Source: Acinetobacter phage vB_AbaM_14/CRR8
Sequence record: PV611675.1
Reading direction: 5' to 3' (one strand)
DNA: 64,000 nt
The notes under the pieces were generated by a model, which had not been told where the DNA came from, searched no databases, and saw only the letters and a program-made list of their open reading frames with translations. The translations under genes and the position numbers were made by a program. Below are positions 10,470 through 18,452 of the stretch, one piece after another (within the stretch, counting starts at the first letter, position 1; each line of letters starts with the position of its first letter).

Positions 10470-11330
10470 ATGAGATTAATGATTTCTGCCTTCTTTAATG
10501 TTGGCTCATGGGACCGTAGATACCTTTTAAACAAAGAATCTACAGGTTGGTTCGAAGGTAACTTAACCGACCAAGGTCTTGATAGATGTGGTGATAGTTA
10601 CTGGTACTCTGGTGTACACATCGGTTCAGGGATGGCAGATGTCAGCGATACAGCTATCTCACTCTCAAGCCCATTTAAATACCTAAGTGAACCTTTCACA
10701 GATGAATCAAAATCTTTTATTGAGGATGACAAAATCATCTGGGAAAGGGAAATTACATATAAGGTTGAAAATGAGGACATCCCTACAGTAAGTGAGATTT
10801 CTGCTTCTTGGGATAGTGATATTAAAACGTCTGTAGCTTTAGCTAATCTTCCAAAGACAATTAGTCTAGGTGTTGACGACGATTTGATTGTTAAGGTTAA
10901 GTTGGTTGTTAAGCAATCTGCGACAGAGACATTCTCAGGTTCGATAGATTTTGGTGCATCTATCCATTCTTATATTATTAAACCTTGCTACTATAAAAAG
11001 TTTGATAATTTCTTTATTGGTAATGCACTATCACAAAAAGATGGTCGTGTCTACAGTGGTTCAATTCCTTCAGACCTGACATTGGAACCTGAAGGCTCTA
11101 TCGATGCTAACTTAGCGATCTATGATGTATACACATTCAATGCTCGTAGTCGCACATTCTCAAACTTTTTCACTTTAAGTAGTCCCAATTCCGCTACTAA
11201 GACTGCCACTTCACATACTATTGGTATTCCAAGTGCATATGGTGTCGAGTTTGATCCACCAATCGATAAAAGCTTTAACAGAGAACTGACTTTAAATTAC
11301 GTATTAAAATGGGAGAGAGATAATGGCTAA
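10470..11330 (+). CDS. tail fiber / baseplate-associated protein
   Basis: Position after baseplate genes; Ser/Thr-rich beta-type composition. Confidence 0.3.
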   Translation: MRLMISAFFNVGSWDRRYLLNKESTGWFEGNLTDQGLDRCGDSYWYSGVHIGSGMADVSDTAISLSSPFKYLSEPFTDESKSFIEDDKIIWEREITYKVENEDIPTVSEISASWDSDIKTSVALANLPKTISLGVDDDLIVKVKLVVKQSATETFSGSIDFGASIHSYIIKPCYYKKFDNFFIGNALSQKDGRVYSGSIPSDLTLEPEGSIDANLAIYDVYTFNARSRTFSNFFTLSSPNSATKTATSHTIGIPSAYGVEFDPPIDKSFNRELTLNYVLKWERDNG

Positions 11331-12405
11331 GATTCAAAAACCTGACTTTACAACTTTGTGGGCTTCACAAGGTAACGTGCAAGCTCCTGACATTTCACAA
11401 GTATTGAGTGGTTGGCAATTAAATCAATTCCCACCATCTAACGTTACTAACTATCAGATGAATAAAGTTGAGTCTGCCATTGCTTACCTATTCCAAATGG
11501 GTATCTCTGAATGGACAGATAAGATTGAGTTCCAACCTAATAGTCTGGCTATGCATCCAAAGGACGGATTAGTCTATAGATCAAAAACTGTGAACAAAGG
11601 TAAGGACCCTCAAACTTCTGGCACAGACTGGGCTATCGCTTTTGATAAGTATGGCGCATCTGAAGACTTAAGACAAGAGGTCATTAAGATTATGTCACAA
11701 GATGGTTACTTACCATTCTATGTGAAAGTCTCTGACCCTGTAATGAATGGCCCAGCTAAAGCTCCTACATTTAGAGCTAACGTAGGTGCTCCATCTGGCG
11801 CTGTAGGTTATGGATTTGCGAACTATTTAACTACAGGTATGTTCAGCCAAGGTGGTGATCTATTACTTGCTGCTGGTGGTAATGTACAAGGACGTATTAA
11901 ATCAGTACCTCCAACTCTGGAAATGAATGACAATACTCTTGTCACAACAGCACTTCTTAAAAAAGTTATTGAAGAGATAAAGATTGCTTCTCAGTTACCT
12001 GTCGGTATGTCTATTATCTCGAACAACAAAGCCAACCCATCTACATACTTAGGTTACGGTACATGGGTTCAAGATATGCAAGGTAAGGCATTGGTTGGTG
12101 TTGTATCTAATGCTGGTACTGATATGCCTGATTGGGTTAAGTATGTAGATAGTACATCTGGCGATAGCTACACAACTAAACTTGATGTTAAAAACTTGCC
12201 ATCATTCAGAGCCAACATTCTACTTAACACATGGGTAGGTGGTGACGATGCTAGTGGTGAGGGTGCTATCTTGACAGCTAACCGTGAATGGAGATCAGGT
12301 ACTCAGATGCCTGATAAATCATATGCTGATTTCCAAGGTGAAAACTTGCCATTCAGTAATGTTCAGCCATCACAAACTAAGTTCATTTGGACTAGAACAG
12401 CATAG
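11323..12405 (+). CDS. tail fiber protein (candidate receptor-binding protein)
   Basis: 360 aa, last structural gene before the lysis cassette; Gly-rich C-terminal half. Confidence 0.35.
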   Translation: MAKIQKPDFTTLWASQGNVQAPDISQVLSGWQLNQFPPSNVTNYQMNKVESAIAYLFQMGISEWTDKIEFQPNSLAMHPKDGLVYRSKTVNKGKDPQTSGTDWAIAFDKYGASEDLRQEVIKIMSQDGYLPFYVKVSDPVMNGPAKAPTFRANVGAPSGAVGYGFANYLTTGMFSQGGDLLLAAGGNVQGRIKSVPPTLEMNDNTLVTTALLKKVIEEIKIASQLPVGMSIISNNKANPSTYLGYGTWVQDMQGKALVGVVSNAGTDMPDWVKYVDSTSGDSYTTKLDVKNLPSFRANILLNTWVGGDDASGEGAILTANREWRSGTQMPDKSYADFQGENLPFSNVQPSQTKFIWTRTA

Positions 12406-12413
12406 GAGACGTA

Positions 12414-12815
12414 ATGGAATTTCTGACAAGCTTCATGGCTTTCGCTAAGGGCATATTCCCTGCCACTATTGGTTCGGTAGTAGCTGTTTGGCGAAAGCGT
12501 AATGAAGTTAATTTCAGGGAGATGGATGCTTACCAAAAAGCATCTATGATCCTTGTGGCACTGTTTGCCATCTTAGTAGGTGTTTGTATAGGTAAGTGGG
12601 TTGGAGGCGCTGTTGCAGCTTACTACACTACTACACCAATCATTACAACACTAATTGAATTTGTAACAGCCCTAAATGGACTTAAGATCGTAGATAGTGC
12701 AATCAAGAGTGTTGAAGCTGCTTTAGATATCGTTACCAAGAACGTTCCCGTCCTAGTAGGGAATGTTGTTGAACTAATCTCCGATAAAATCGAAAAGATT
12801 TTCGGTAAGAAATAA
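12414..12815 (+). CDS. membrane protein (lysis-cassette associated)
   Basis: 133 aa with several hydrophobic helices; AGGAG RBS; upstream of holin/endolysin. Confidence 0.3.
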   Translation: MEFLTSFMAFAKGIFPATIGSVVAVWRKRNEVNFREMDAYQKASMILVALFAILVGVCIGKWVGGAVAAYYTTTPIITTLIEFVTALNGLKIVDSAIKSVEAALDIVTKNVPVLVGNVVELISDKIEKIFGKK

Positions 12816-12826
12816 AAGGTGAATAT

Positions 12827-13144
12827 ATGACTATTGTCCTTATACAAATTATCTTAGCACTTTTCGCAGCTGTAAATTTCTACTGTGAAGTATCAAAGAA
12901 ATATAGAGACTGTGGAATACACGCATCACTACGCTGGTTGTTTATGGTTGCATCACTTATCGCATTGGTAAAGGTCAAGTACCTTGCCATTATGCCTTTT
13001 GTAGTGCAGCTATCAGCCTTGATTATAGTAATTGGATTAACCAAGTTACTATATGATCACGTTCTTAAACGTCAAATTAGGATTGCAAATTTTAAACTTA
13101 AAAAGCTTTATCTTGAAGAGGTTCAGAAACACTCTCACAGATAA
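12827..13144 (+). CDS. putative holin
   Basis: 105 aa, three predicted TM helices, charged C-terminus, located just upstream of the endolysin. Confidence 0.4.
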   Translation: MTIVLIQIILALFAAVNFYCEVSKKYRDCGIHASLRWLFMVASLIALVKVKYLAIMPFVVQLSALIIVIGLTKLLYDHVLKRQIRIANFKLKKLYLEEVQKHSHR

Positions 13145-13186
13145 TAATAGACTGATTGTCTAAATTCAACTTAATAGGAGATTTAC

Positions 13187-13486
13187 ATGTTAAAAGGTAA
13201 TCAAGCAATTTTCGTATATGGCGACCCTACATCAACTTTAGCAACTCTTGAAGAGCTTAAAGAGTACATGGGTGGTGGAGATGTTGGCGGTGTCACTAAA
13301 GAGTACGTAGATGGCGAGTTAGCTAAGAAGGCAAATGTATCAGCTTTAACAGCCAAAGCTGACAAGACGTATGTAGATGCAGAATTGGCTAAGAAAATTG
13401 GATTGCCAGCAACAGCGAATGAAGGTGATATCCTAACTTTCACAGGAGGGAAATGGACTGCTGTACCTGCATCTCAACCAGTATAA
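13187..13486 (+). CDS. small protein with tandem tail-fiber-like repeats
   Basis: Internal repeat YVDGELAKKANVSAL / YVDAELAKKIGL; AGGAG RBS; sits between holin and endolysin. Confidence 0.3.
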   Translation: MLKGNQAIFVYGDPTSTLATLEELKEYMGGGDVGGVTKEYVDGELAKKANVSALTAKADKTYVDAELAKKIGLPATANEGDILTFTGGKWTAVPASQPV

Positions 13487-13496
13487 GGAGTATTAA

Positions 13497-14111
13497 ATGA
13501 AGTTGACTAAGGGTGGTTTCGACATCCTTAGAGCTGAATTGTTCAAATCTTTTACTGAAAGTCAAGTAGAAGCTTTGAACTTCTTGGTTTCTAAGTGTGA
13601 AGAAGCTGGATTGACTTATCCAGAAACAGCTTACGCATTAGCTACAGTATACCATGAAACAGGTGTTGTCAAAGGTGGTAAATTAGTTAGAACCATGCTT
13701 CCTGTAGAGGAACAAGGTAGCGACAAATATTTATCTAAATACGATACAGGTAAATTGGCGACTGCTTTAGGTAATACCCAAGCATTGGATGGAGATGGTC
13801 AGAAGTATAAAGGTCGTGGTTATGTACAGCTTACTGGTACACGAAACTATGCACTATTCGCTAGATTGTTGAAAGTAGACCTTCTCAATAAACCAGAGTT
13901 GGCTATGGACCCAGAAGTGGCAGCCAATATCATGACATATGGTATGTTGAATGGTTCCTTTACTGGTGTTGGGTTCAGGCGTAAGCGTCCAGTTTCCAAA
14001 TATAATAAGGCCCAATACATTGCTGCTAGGAATATCATCAACGGTTCAGATCGTGCTAATGATATTGCTGGATATGCTATGATCTTTGAGAGAGCTTTAA
14101 GAAGTTATTAA
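13497..14111 (+). CDS. endolysin, glycoside hydrolase family 19-like
   Basis: Motif KGRGYVQLTGTRNY matches the GH19 chitinase/endolysin catalytic region; 204 aa, no obvious cell-wall-binding domain. Confidence 0.6.
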   Translation: MKLTKGGFDILRAELFKSFTESQVEALNFLVSKCEEAGLTYPETAYALATVYHETGVVKGGKLVRTMLPVEEQGSDKYLSKYDTGKLATALGNTQALDGDGQKYKGRGYVQLTGTRNYALFARLLKVDLLNKPELAMDPEVAANIMTYGMLNGSFTGVGFRRKRPVSKYNKAQYIAARNIINGSDRANDIAGYAMIFERALRSY

Positions 14112-14146
14112 CAAAAAGAAAGGGAGCCTAGTGCTCCCTATTTTTA
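14112..14146. terminator. bidirectional rho-independent terminator
   Basis: Hairpin GGGAGC-ctagt-GCTCCC flanked by A-run upstream and T-run downstream, between convergent genes. Confidence 0.5.
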
Positions 14147-14434
14147 TCTCTTGTATCCAACAAATTCTTTTAAAGCATCCACAAAGAATGGTTGCATAAC
14201 AAGTTGCATACACAAAGCTTCATCGAAAATCTTACCAACGTTGACATCTGTTTCAAATCCAATCTCGTCAAAATGTTGATTGATACGTTTAGCAAAGCTG
14301 TCAATACCTCTTGCACATCCAAATATCATAATTCCTATGTCTTTTGGGTCATGTCTCTCAAGCATAAGCTCTTCAAACTCTTCATAGGTCCAGCCTTCCC
14401 TTGAACCTGTAATTAATAATGCTACATGTTTCAT
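14144..14434 (-). CDS. SLOG/DUF2493-like Rossmann-fold nucleotide-binding protein
   Basis: Motifs VALLITGSR and IFGCARGIDSFA resemble SLOG (DprA/LOG-like) standalone phage proteins; RBS GAGAGGA; TGATG overlap with the upstream - strand gene. Confidence 0.35.
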   Translation of the reverse strand: MKHVALLITGSREGWTYEEFEELMLERHDPKDIGIMIFGCARGIDSFAKRINQHFDEIGFETDVNVGKIFDEALCMQLVMQPFFVDALKEFVGYKR

Positions 14435-15108
14435 CAATAATCCTCTCTAAAATATTTGGCATCATCTTTCATCCGACGATTTCTTTCAAGAATATCTATA
14501 TTTGGAATACGCTTGAAAATATCAGAGAAAGAAGTTTTTGGTTGTTCAACATGGTGTGTATTAGCACTTACTTGCTCCATAGCTGCATCAATAGCAGAGA
14601 AGTAGTCATCTAAATCCGACCCATCATCTTCATCTTCAATTAATGGTTCAACAGGTAATTCTTCTCTTTTACCAACTAAATGTTTTAAAGCATCTGGAAT
14701 ACCTTTGACAACATTAGGTCTTGATTCACCTTGTTTCTCAAATGAATCTTCCATTTGTGTCTTTGGTTTAACAACCTTAGATACTTTCTTAACAACTTCT
14801 TTCACAGCTTTCTTGACAATGTTAAGAAGCTTACAAGCTTTTTCAGTAATTGAATAATGTGTAGTACGGGTATGACCCATGTCATGAGAAATGATAATGA
14901 GACCAAAATCAACTAACTTTTTCTTAGCTCTTTGAATTTGACTCTCAGATAATGAGCCTTCGAAGTCTTCAGACAGTTGTTTATTAGTTCGATACACCTT
15001 ATCCACATTCTTAGTCTCAGACCAGAACTTAATGTGGTTAAGTAAGAGAGCAGCTTGAATACCAACTAAGTTAGCTACTTCTGGATTGTAAGATTTAATA
15101 TACGACAT
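14434..15108 (-). CDS. winged-helix-like DNA-binding protein with acidic C-terminus (candidate regulator/replication initiator)
   Basis: N-terminus (PEVANLVGIQAALLLNHIKFW) resembles replication-initiator/DnaD-like wHTH; Lys-rich middle; acidic tail; GAGGTG RBS; start at the internal Met of the track ORF. Confidence 0.35.
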   Translation of the reverse strand: MSYIKSYNPEVANLVGIQAALLLNHIKFWSETKNVDKVYRTNKQLSEDFEGSLSESQIQRAKKKLVDFGLIIISHDMGHTRTTHYSITEKACKLLNIVKKAVKEVVKKVSKVVKPKTQMEDSFEKQGESRPNVVKGIPDALKHLVGKREELPVEPLIEDEDDGSDLDDYFSAIDAAMEQVSANTHHVEQPKTSFSDIFKRIPNIDILERNRRMKDDAKYFREDY

Positions 15109-15132
15109 GATAACACCTCTTCGATGTAGGCA

Positions 15133-15161
15133 ATCATACACACCTTAAAAACTCAGATCAA
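15133..15161 (-). promoter_or_regulatory. sigma70-like promoter for the - strand gene pair
   Basis: On the - strand: TTGATC, 17 bp, TATGAT, about 20 nt upstream of the RBS of the 15108 gene; AT-rich UP-like tract upstream. Confidence 0.35.
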
Positions 15162-15224
15162 TATTTAATTTTATTTTTAATTTAATTTTATTCTATTAAT
15201 AACATCTGACAGATACGAAGAATG

Positions 15225-15320
15225 GATTTTTCAAAAACGATAAATGGATATTTTGAAACTGAAACATGGAATTTATGATATCGAAATATGCATATTTCAG
15301 TATCGAAAAATGGAAAGGAA
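15225..15320. repeat. iteron-like direct repeats plus 16-bp perfect palindrome in a divergent intergenic region
   Basis: Four copies of A-ATGGA-W-WTT (15230, 15242, 15265, 15311); palindrome GAAATATGCATATTTC (15283-15298) flanked by direct TATCGAAA. Confidence 0.4.
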
Positions 15321-15330
15321 ATAAAAAGAT

Positions 15331-15359
15331 TTGACAACAGAATTTAATATGTGTAGTAT
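15331..15359 (+). promoter_or_regulatory. sigma70-like promoter
   Basis: TTGACA, 17 bp, TAGTAT. Confidence 0.45.
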
Positions 15360-15473
15360 GGATATAAATATATAGTAATTGACAGGACTAAAAAATTATT
15401 GTAGATAGTTATAGTACCACAAAAACGGATTTTGTCAAGTCATTTATTGTTACAGAAATGTAAACAGTAAGGC

Positions 15474-15501
15474 TTGACTATTGTCATTTTTACTGTATAA
15501 T
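15474..15501 (+). promoter_or_regulatory. sigma70-like promoter of the replication operon
   Basis: TTGACT, 16-17 bp, TATAAT, 30 nt upstream of the dCMP deaminase start; inverted repeat ACTATT/AATAGT spans the spacer. Confidence 0.5.
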
Positions 15502-15531
15502 AGTCGGGTATCGATACATAAGGAGGTTATA

Positions 15532-15960
15532 TTGGAAATTACAAAGCTTAAATATAAACTAGCTTTTATGGGTATGGCTAAAGTCTTCGCAAAGACATCT
15601 GAAGCAAAGAGACTTCAAGTAGGTGCTTTAATTGTGAAGAATAAGCAGATCATATCTACAGGAGTAAATGGTACACCAGCTGGATGGGAAACAAACAATT
15701 GTGAGAACTCAAACAATGAGACAGAATGGTTTGTTAGACACGCAGAAGTTCAGGCATTAAACAAATTAAGAAAATCACACGAGACATCTATTGGGGCTGA
15801 AATGTATATTACGCACAGCCCTTGTAAGAATTGTGCTGTCGAGATTATCGATGCTGGAATTTCTAAAGTTTACTATGACATTGACTATAGAGATTCAACT
15901 GGGATTGAACTACTTAAAAAGTATGGGATTCGAGTTGAAAAACTTCAGGAGGTTAAATGA
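15532..15960 (+). CDS. dCMP deaminase
   Basis: Zinc-binding cytidine/deoxycytidylate deaminase motifs HAEVQAL and PCKNCA; TTG start 5 nt after AGGAGG. Confidence 0.7.
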   Translation: MEITKLKYKLAFMGMAKVFAKTSEAKRLQVGALIVKNKQIISTGVNGTPAGWETNNCENSNNETEWFVRHAEVQALNKLRKSHETSIGAEMYITHSPCKNCAVEIIDAGISKVYYDIDYRDSTGIELLKKYGIRVEKLQEVK

Positions 15961-18038
15961 GTATCCCAACAAACATGATCTGGAAGAAAGTTAAAGGTGA
16001 GTGGACGATTGGGAAATTCATGGGTGTTGATTGGAGTGGTGTAGAGTGGGATTATGAAGGAAAACAAGCCTGTCCTCATTGTCAAGCACAAGGGAATGAT
16101 AACTCTGGCAACAATCTACATGTGTATGGTCTTGATGACCAAGGTCGTCCACTTGGAGGTAAATGTTTTAGGGAAGAGTTGGTTATCGTGTCTGTTGAAA
16201 AAGCTATAGATGATGCCAATGAAGAAAGTGGTAATGCTGCCAAGGATAAAGTTAAGAGTTTTAGTGGAGGTAAGAAAACAGATATGTCAGCATTTGATGA
16301 GAAGAAGTTGAGTAAGGAAAAAGCTAAACTTAAACGTGAGCGACTTACTAAAGAGGAACTTCAAGAGGTATTGGAATCCACTGGTGATGATCCAAAGCTT
16401 CTACGAGGAATGGACCTTGAGACATCTCAGAAGTATGATATTAGATATCAATATGATGAGAGTACTGGAAAACCAAAAGTAATGATGATCCCAGCATTTA
16501 TTGAAGAGAATGGTGAGTTCGTTATTACGGGATACAAGTGTCGTAACTTCCGTAAGAAGAAAGAGCAAGAGGGTCACTTCTACTCGATTGGTTATGTAGG
16601 TAAATTGAACTGCTTCATGGGTCAAAACATTGCAAAGTCAGCTAACCATGCACTTATCGTTGGTGGTGAAATTGATGTTATTGCAGCTGATGCTTTACTT
16701 AAGAAACATTCAAAACTTAAGCAGTACAACAAGAACTATGTTGTATTAAGTTCTTTAGTTGGTGAACCTGCTACATTTGAGGTTTGTAAACAGAACTACG
16801 AGTTCATGGATCAATTCATGAAAGTTGTTCTTGCATTAGACAATGACGATGCTGGTAGAGATGCTACTGAGCGAGTTAAAGAAGTTTTACCTAATGAAAC
16901 TTTATTCACTGCTAAATTGTCTTACAAAGACCCTTGGGTTTATTGGGAGCAATTTAAAAAGCATAAGAATAAAGAGGTTCCAAAAGAGTTTGAGAATGAC
17001 ATCCATTGGAATAGTAAACTGGTTAAGTCGTTTGGACTTGTTGGCTCGCGCTCTTTACTCTCAAGAGCAATTGAGCATGTGGTTCGCCCTAAGATTCCTT
17101 TGCCAGCATTCTTACAGGATTTAGGTGATTATTTCACTGATGGTATTGGGCTTGGTGAAATCTTCAACATCATTTCCAACACATCTACAGGTAAATCTGT
17201 TTATGTGAATGAGATGATTTCTGACTGGGTTGTAAATGCACCATATAAAATGTGTATCTTCTCACTAGAGGATAACTGTGGTTCTTATGGTACTAAGATT
17301 GCATCACGATTAATCGGTCGATCTATCCATCGTGTTAAGGGTGCAGAGAACCGTAAGAAAATACTTGAGGATAATGCCGATAAGATCATGGAGTTCTTGA
17401 CTGACAAGGAAACTGGTGAAGATGCGTTCTACTTAATTGAGGAAGCATTCAGTGATCTTGAGCAAGTTAAGCAAGCTATTCTTCAAGCTATTAAAGTTCT
17501 TGGATGTAAGATCATTGTTATTGACCCATTGGTTAACTTGATCTCACATAAGTCAAATGAAGAGCAGATTGCATTTATGGTGTTTGAGGAAGAGTGTCGT
17601 CGTATTTATGATGTAACCTTCATTAACGTATGTCATACACGTAAAGTTGGTGGTGGTGGCTCTAAAGCTGCATCTCAAGGTGGGGATATCACAGAAGAGG
17701 ATGTTAAAGGTTCAAGCCAAATTACTGGCTCTGCAACAATTAATATGATCATTCGTCGTGATAAAGGTAATGCATGTGAGATTAAACGTAATACTACAGA
17801 GATCGACTTGATCAAGAACCGTACAGACGGTCAGACAGGTAAATCAGTAGCTAAGATTTTCTATCATGGAGATAGTCATACATTGATCCCTTACTCTATT
17901 GCTGAGGAGAATGATTTCTATCAAGATGGGCAAAAGGTAGATTTCAAGAGAAAAGGTATTACACCTGTAACCACACAGGAAGATGCCGAAGATGACGATG
18001 AAGTTGTTGATCCAGACAAAATGGATTTCACGGATTAG
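15957..18038 (+). CDS. DNA primase-helicase (T7 gp4-like)
   Basis: N-terminal Zn ribbon (CPHC...C), TOPRIM acidic motifs (EIDV, DNDDAG), C-terminal DnaB-like helicase with Walker A (STGKS). Confidence 0.8.
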   Translation: MSIPTNMIWKKVKGEWTIGKFMGVDWSGVEWDYEGKQACPHCQAQGNDNSGNNLHVYGLDDQGRPLGGKCFREELVIVSVEKAIDDANEESGNAAKDKVKSFSGGKKTDMSAFDEKKLSKEKAKLKRERLTKEELQEVLESTGDDPKLLRGMDLETSQKYDIRYQYDESTGKPKVMMIPAFIEENGEFVITGYKCRNFRKKKEQEGHFYSIGYVGKLNCFMGQNIAKSANHALIVGGEIDVIAADALLKKHSKLKQYNKNYVVLSSLVGEPATFEVCKQNYEFMDQFMKVVLALDNDDAGRDATERVKEVLPNETLFTAKLSYKDPWVYWEQFKKHKNKEVPKEFENDIHWNSKLVKSFGLVGSRSLLSRAIEHVVRPKIPLPAFLQDLGDYFTDGIGLGEIFNIISNTSTGKSVYVNEMISDWVVNAPYKMCIFSLEDNCGSYGTKIASRLIGRSIHRVKGAENRKKILEDNADKIMEFLTDKETGEDAFYLIEEAFSDLEQVKQAILQAIKVLGCKIIVIDPLVNLISHKSNEEQIAFMVFEEECRRIYDVTFINVCHTRKVGGGGSKAASQGGDITEEDVKGSSQITGSATINMIIRRDKGNACEIKRNTTEIDLIKNRTDGQTGKSVAKIFYHGDSHTLIPYSIAEENDFYQDGQKVDFKRKGITPVTTQEDAEDDDEVVDPDKMDFTD

Positions 18039-18085
18039 TTTGTAAAATCAAAAAGATGCTGGTATAATGCTGGCATCTAATTTAT
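18039..18085 (+). promoter_or_regulatory. overlapping terminator/promoter element
   Basis: TTGTAA, 17 bp, TATAAT; the -10 lies in the loop of hairpin GATGCTGG-tataat-GCTGGCATC followed by a T-rich tract. Confidence 0.4.
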
Positions 18086-18095
18086 TGGAGGTAAT

Positions 18096-18452
18096 ATGTA
18101 TGGTAATTTAATTTTAGAAAAATTTAAATCTAATTCTGAAGATGAAGTCATTCGATTAAATGGTTTTAGATTTTTGTCTTGTGAAGGGACTGAATATTCT
18201 CACTTCTTTGGGAATATCTGGTTGTATGAAGTAAATTTCCAACATCACAGTAAGGAAACCATCAAAGGCCAAGGAGAGGTTCATAACTTCAAATTGACTA
18301 TTAAACAAGCTCATATAGAGAAGTCTAGTATCATCTCTCATGAGGCTTTGAACATAGTAGGTGAAGTAGGTTTGATTAATACAATTAAACGTATGTGTGC
18401 CGAGATTAGTTCACAACGAATTGATGAAATCCTTGGAGGTGATAATGTCTGA
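18096..18452 (+). CDS. hypothetical protein
   Basis: 118-aa ORF with GGAGGT RBS between primase-helicase and polymerase. Confidence 0.4.
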   Translation: MYGNLILEKFKSNSEDEVIRLNGFRFLSCEGTEYSHFFGNIWLYEVNFQHHSKETIKGQGEVHNFKLTIKQAHIEKSSIISHEALNIVGEVGLINTIKRMCAEISSQRIDEILGGDNV

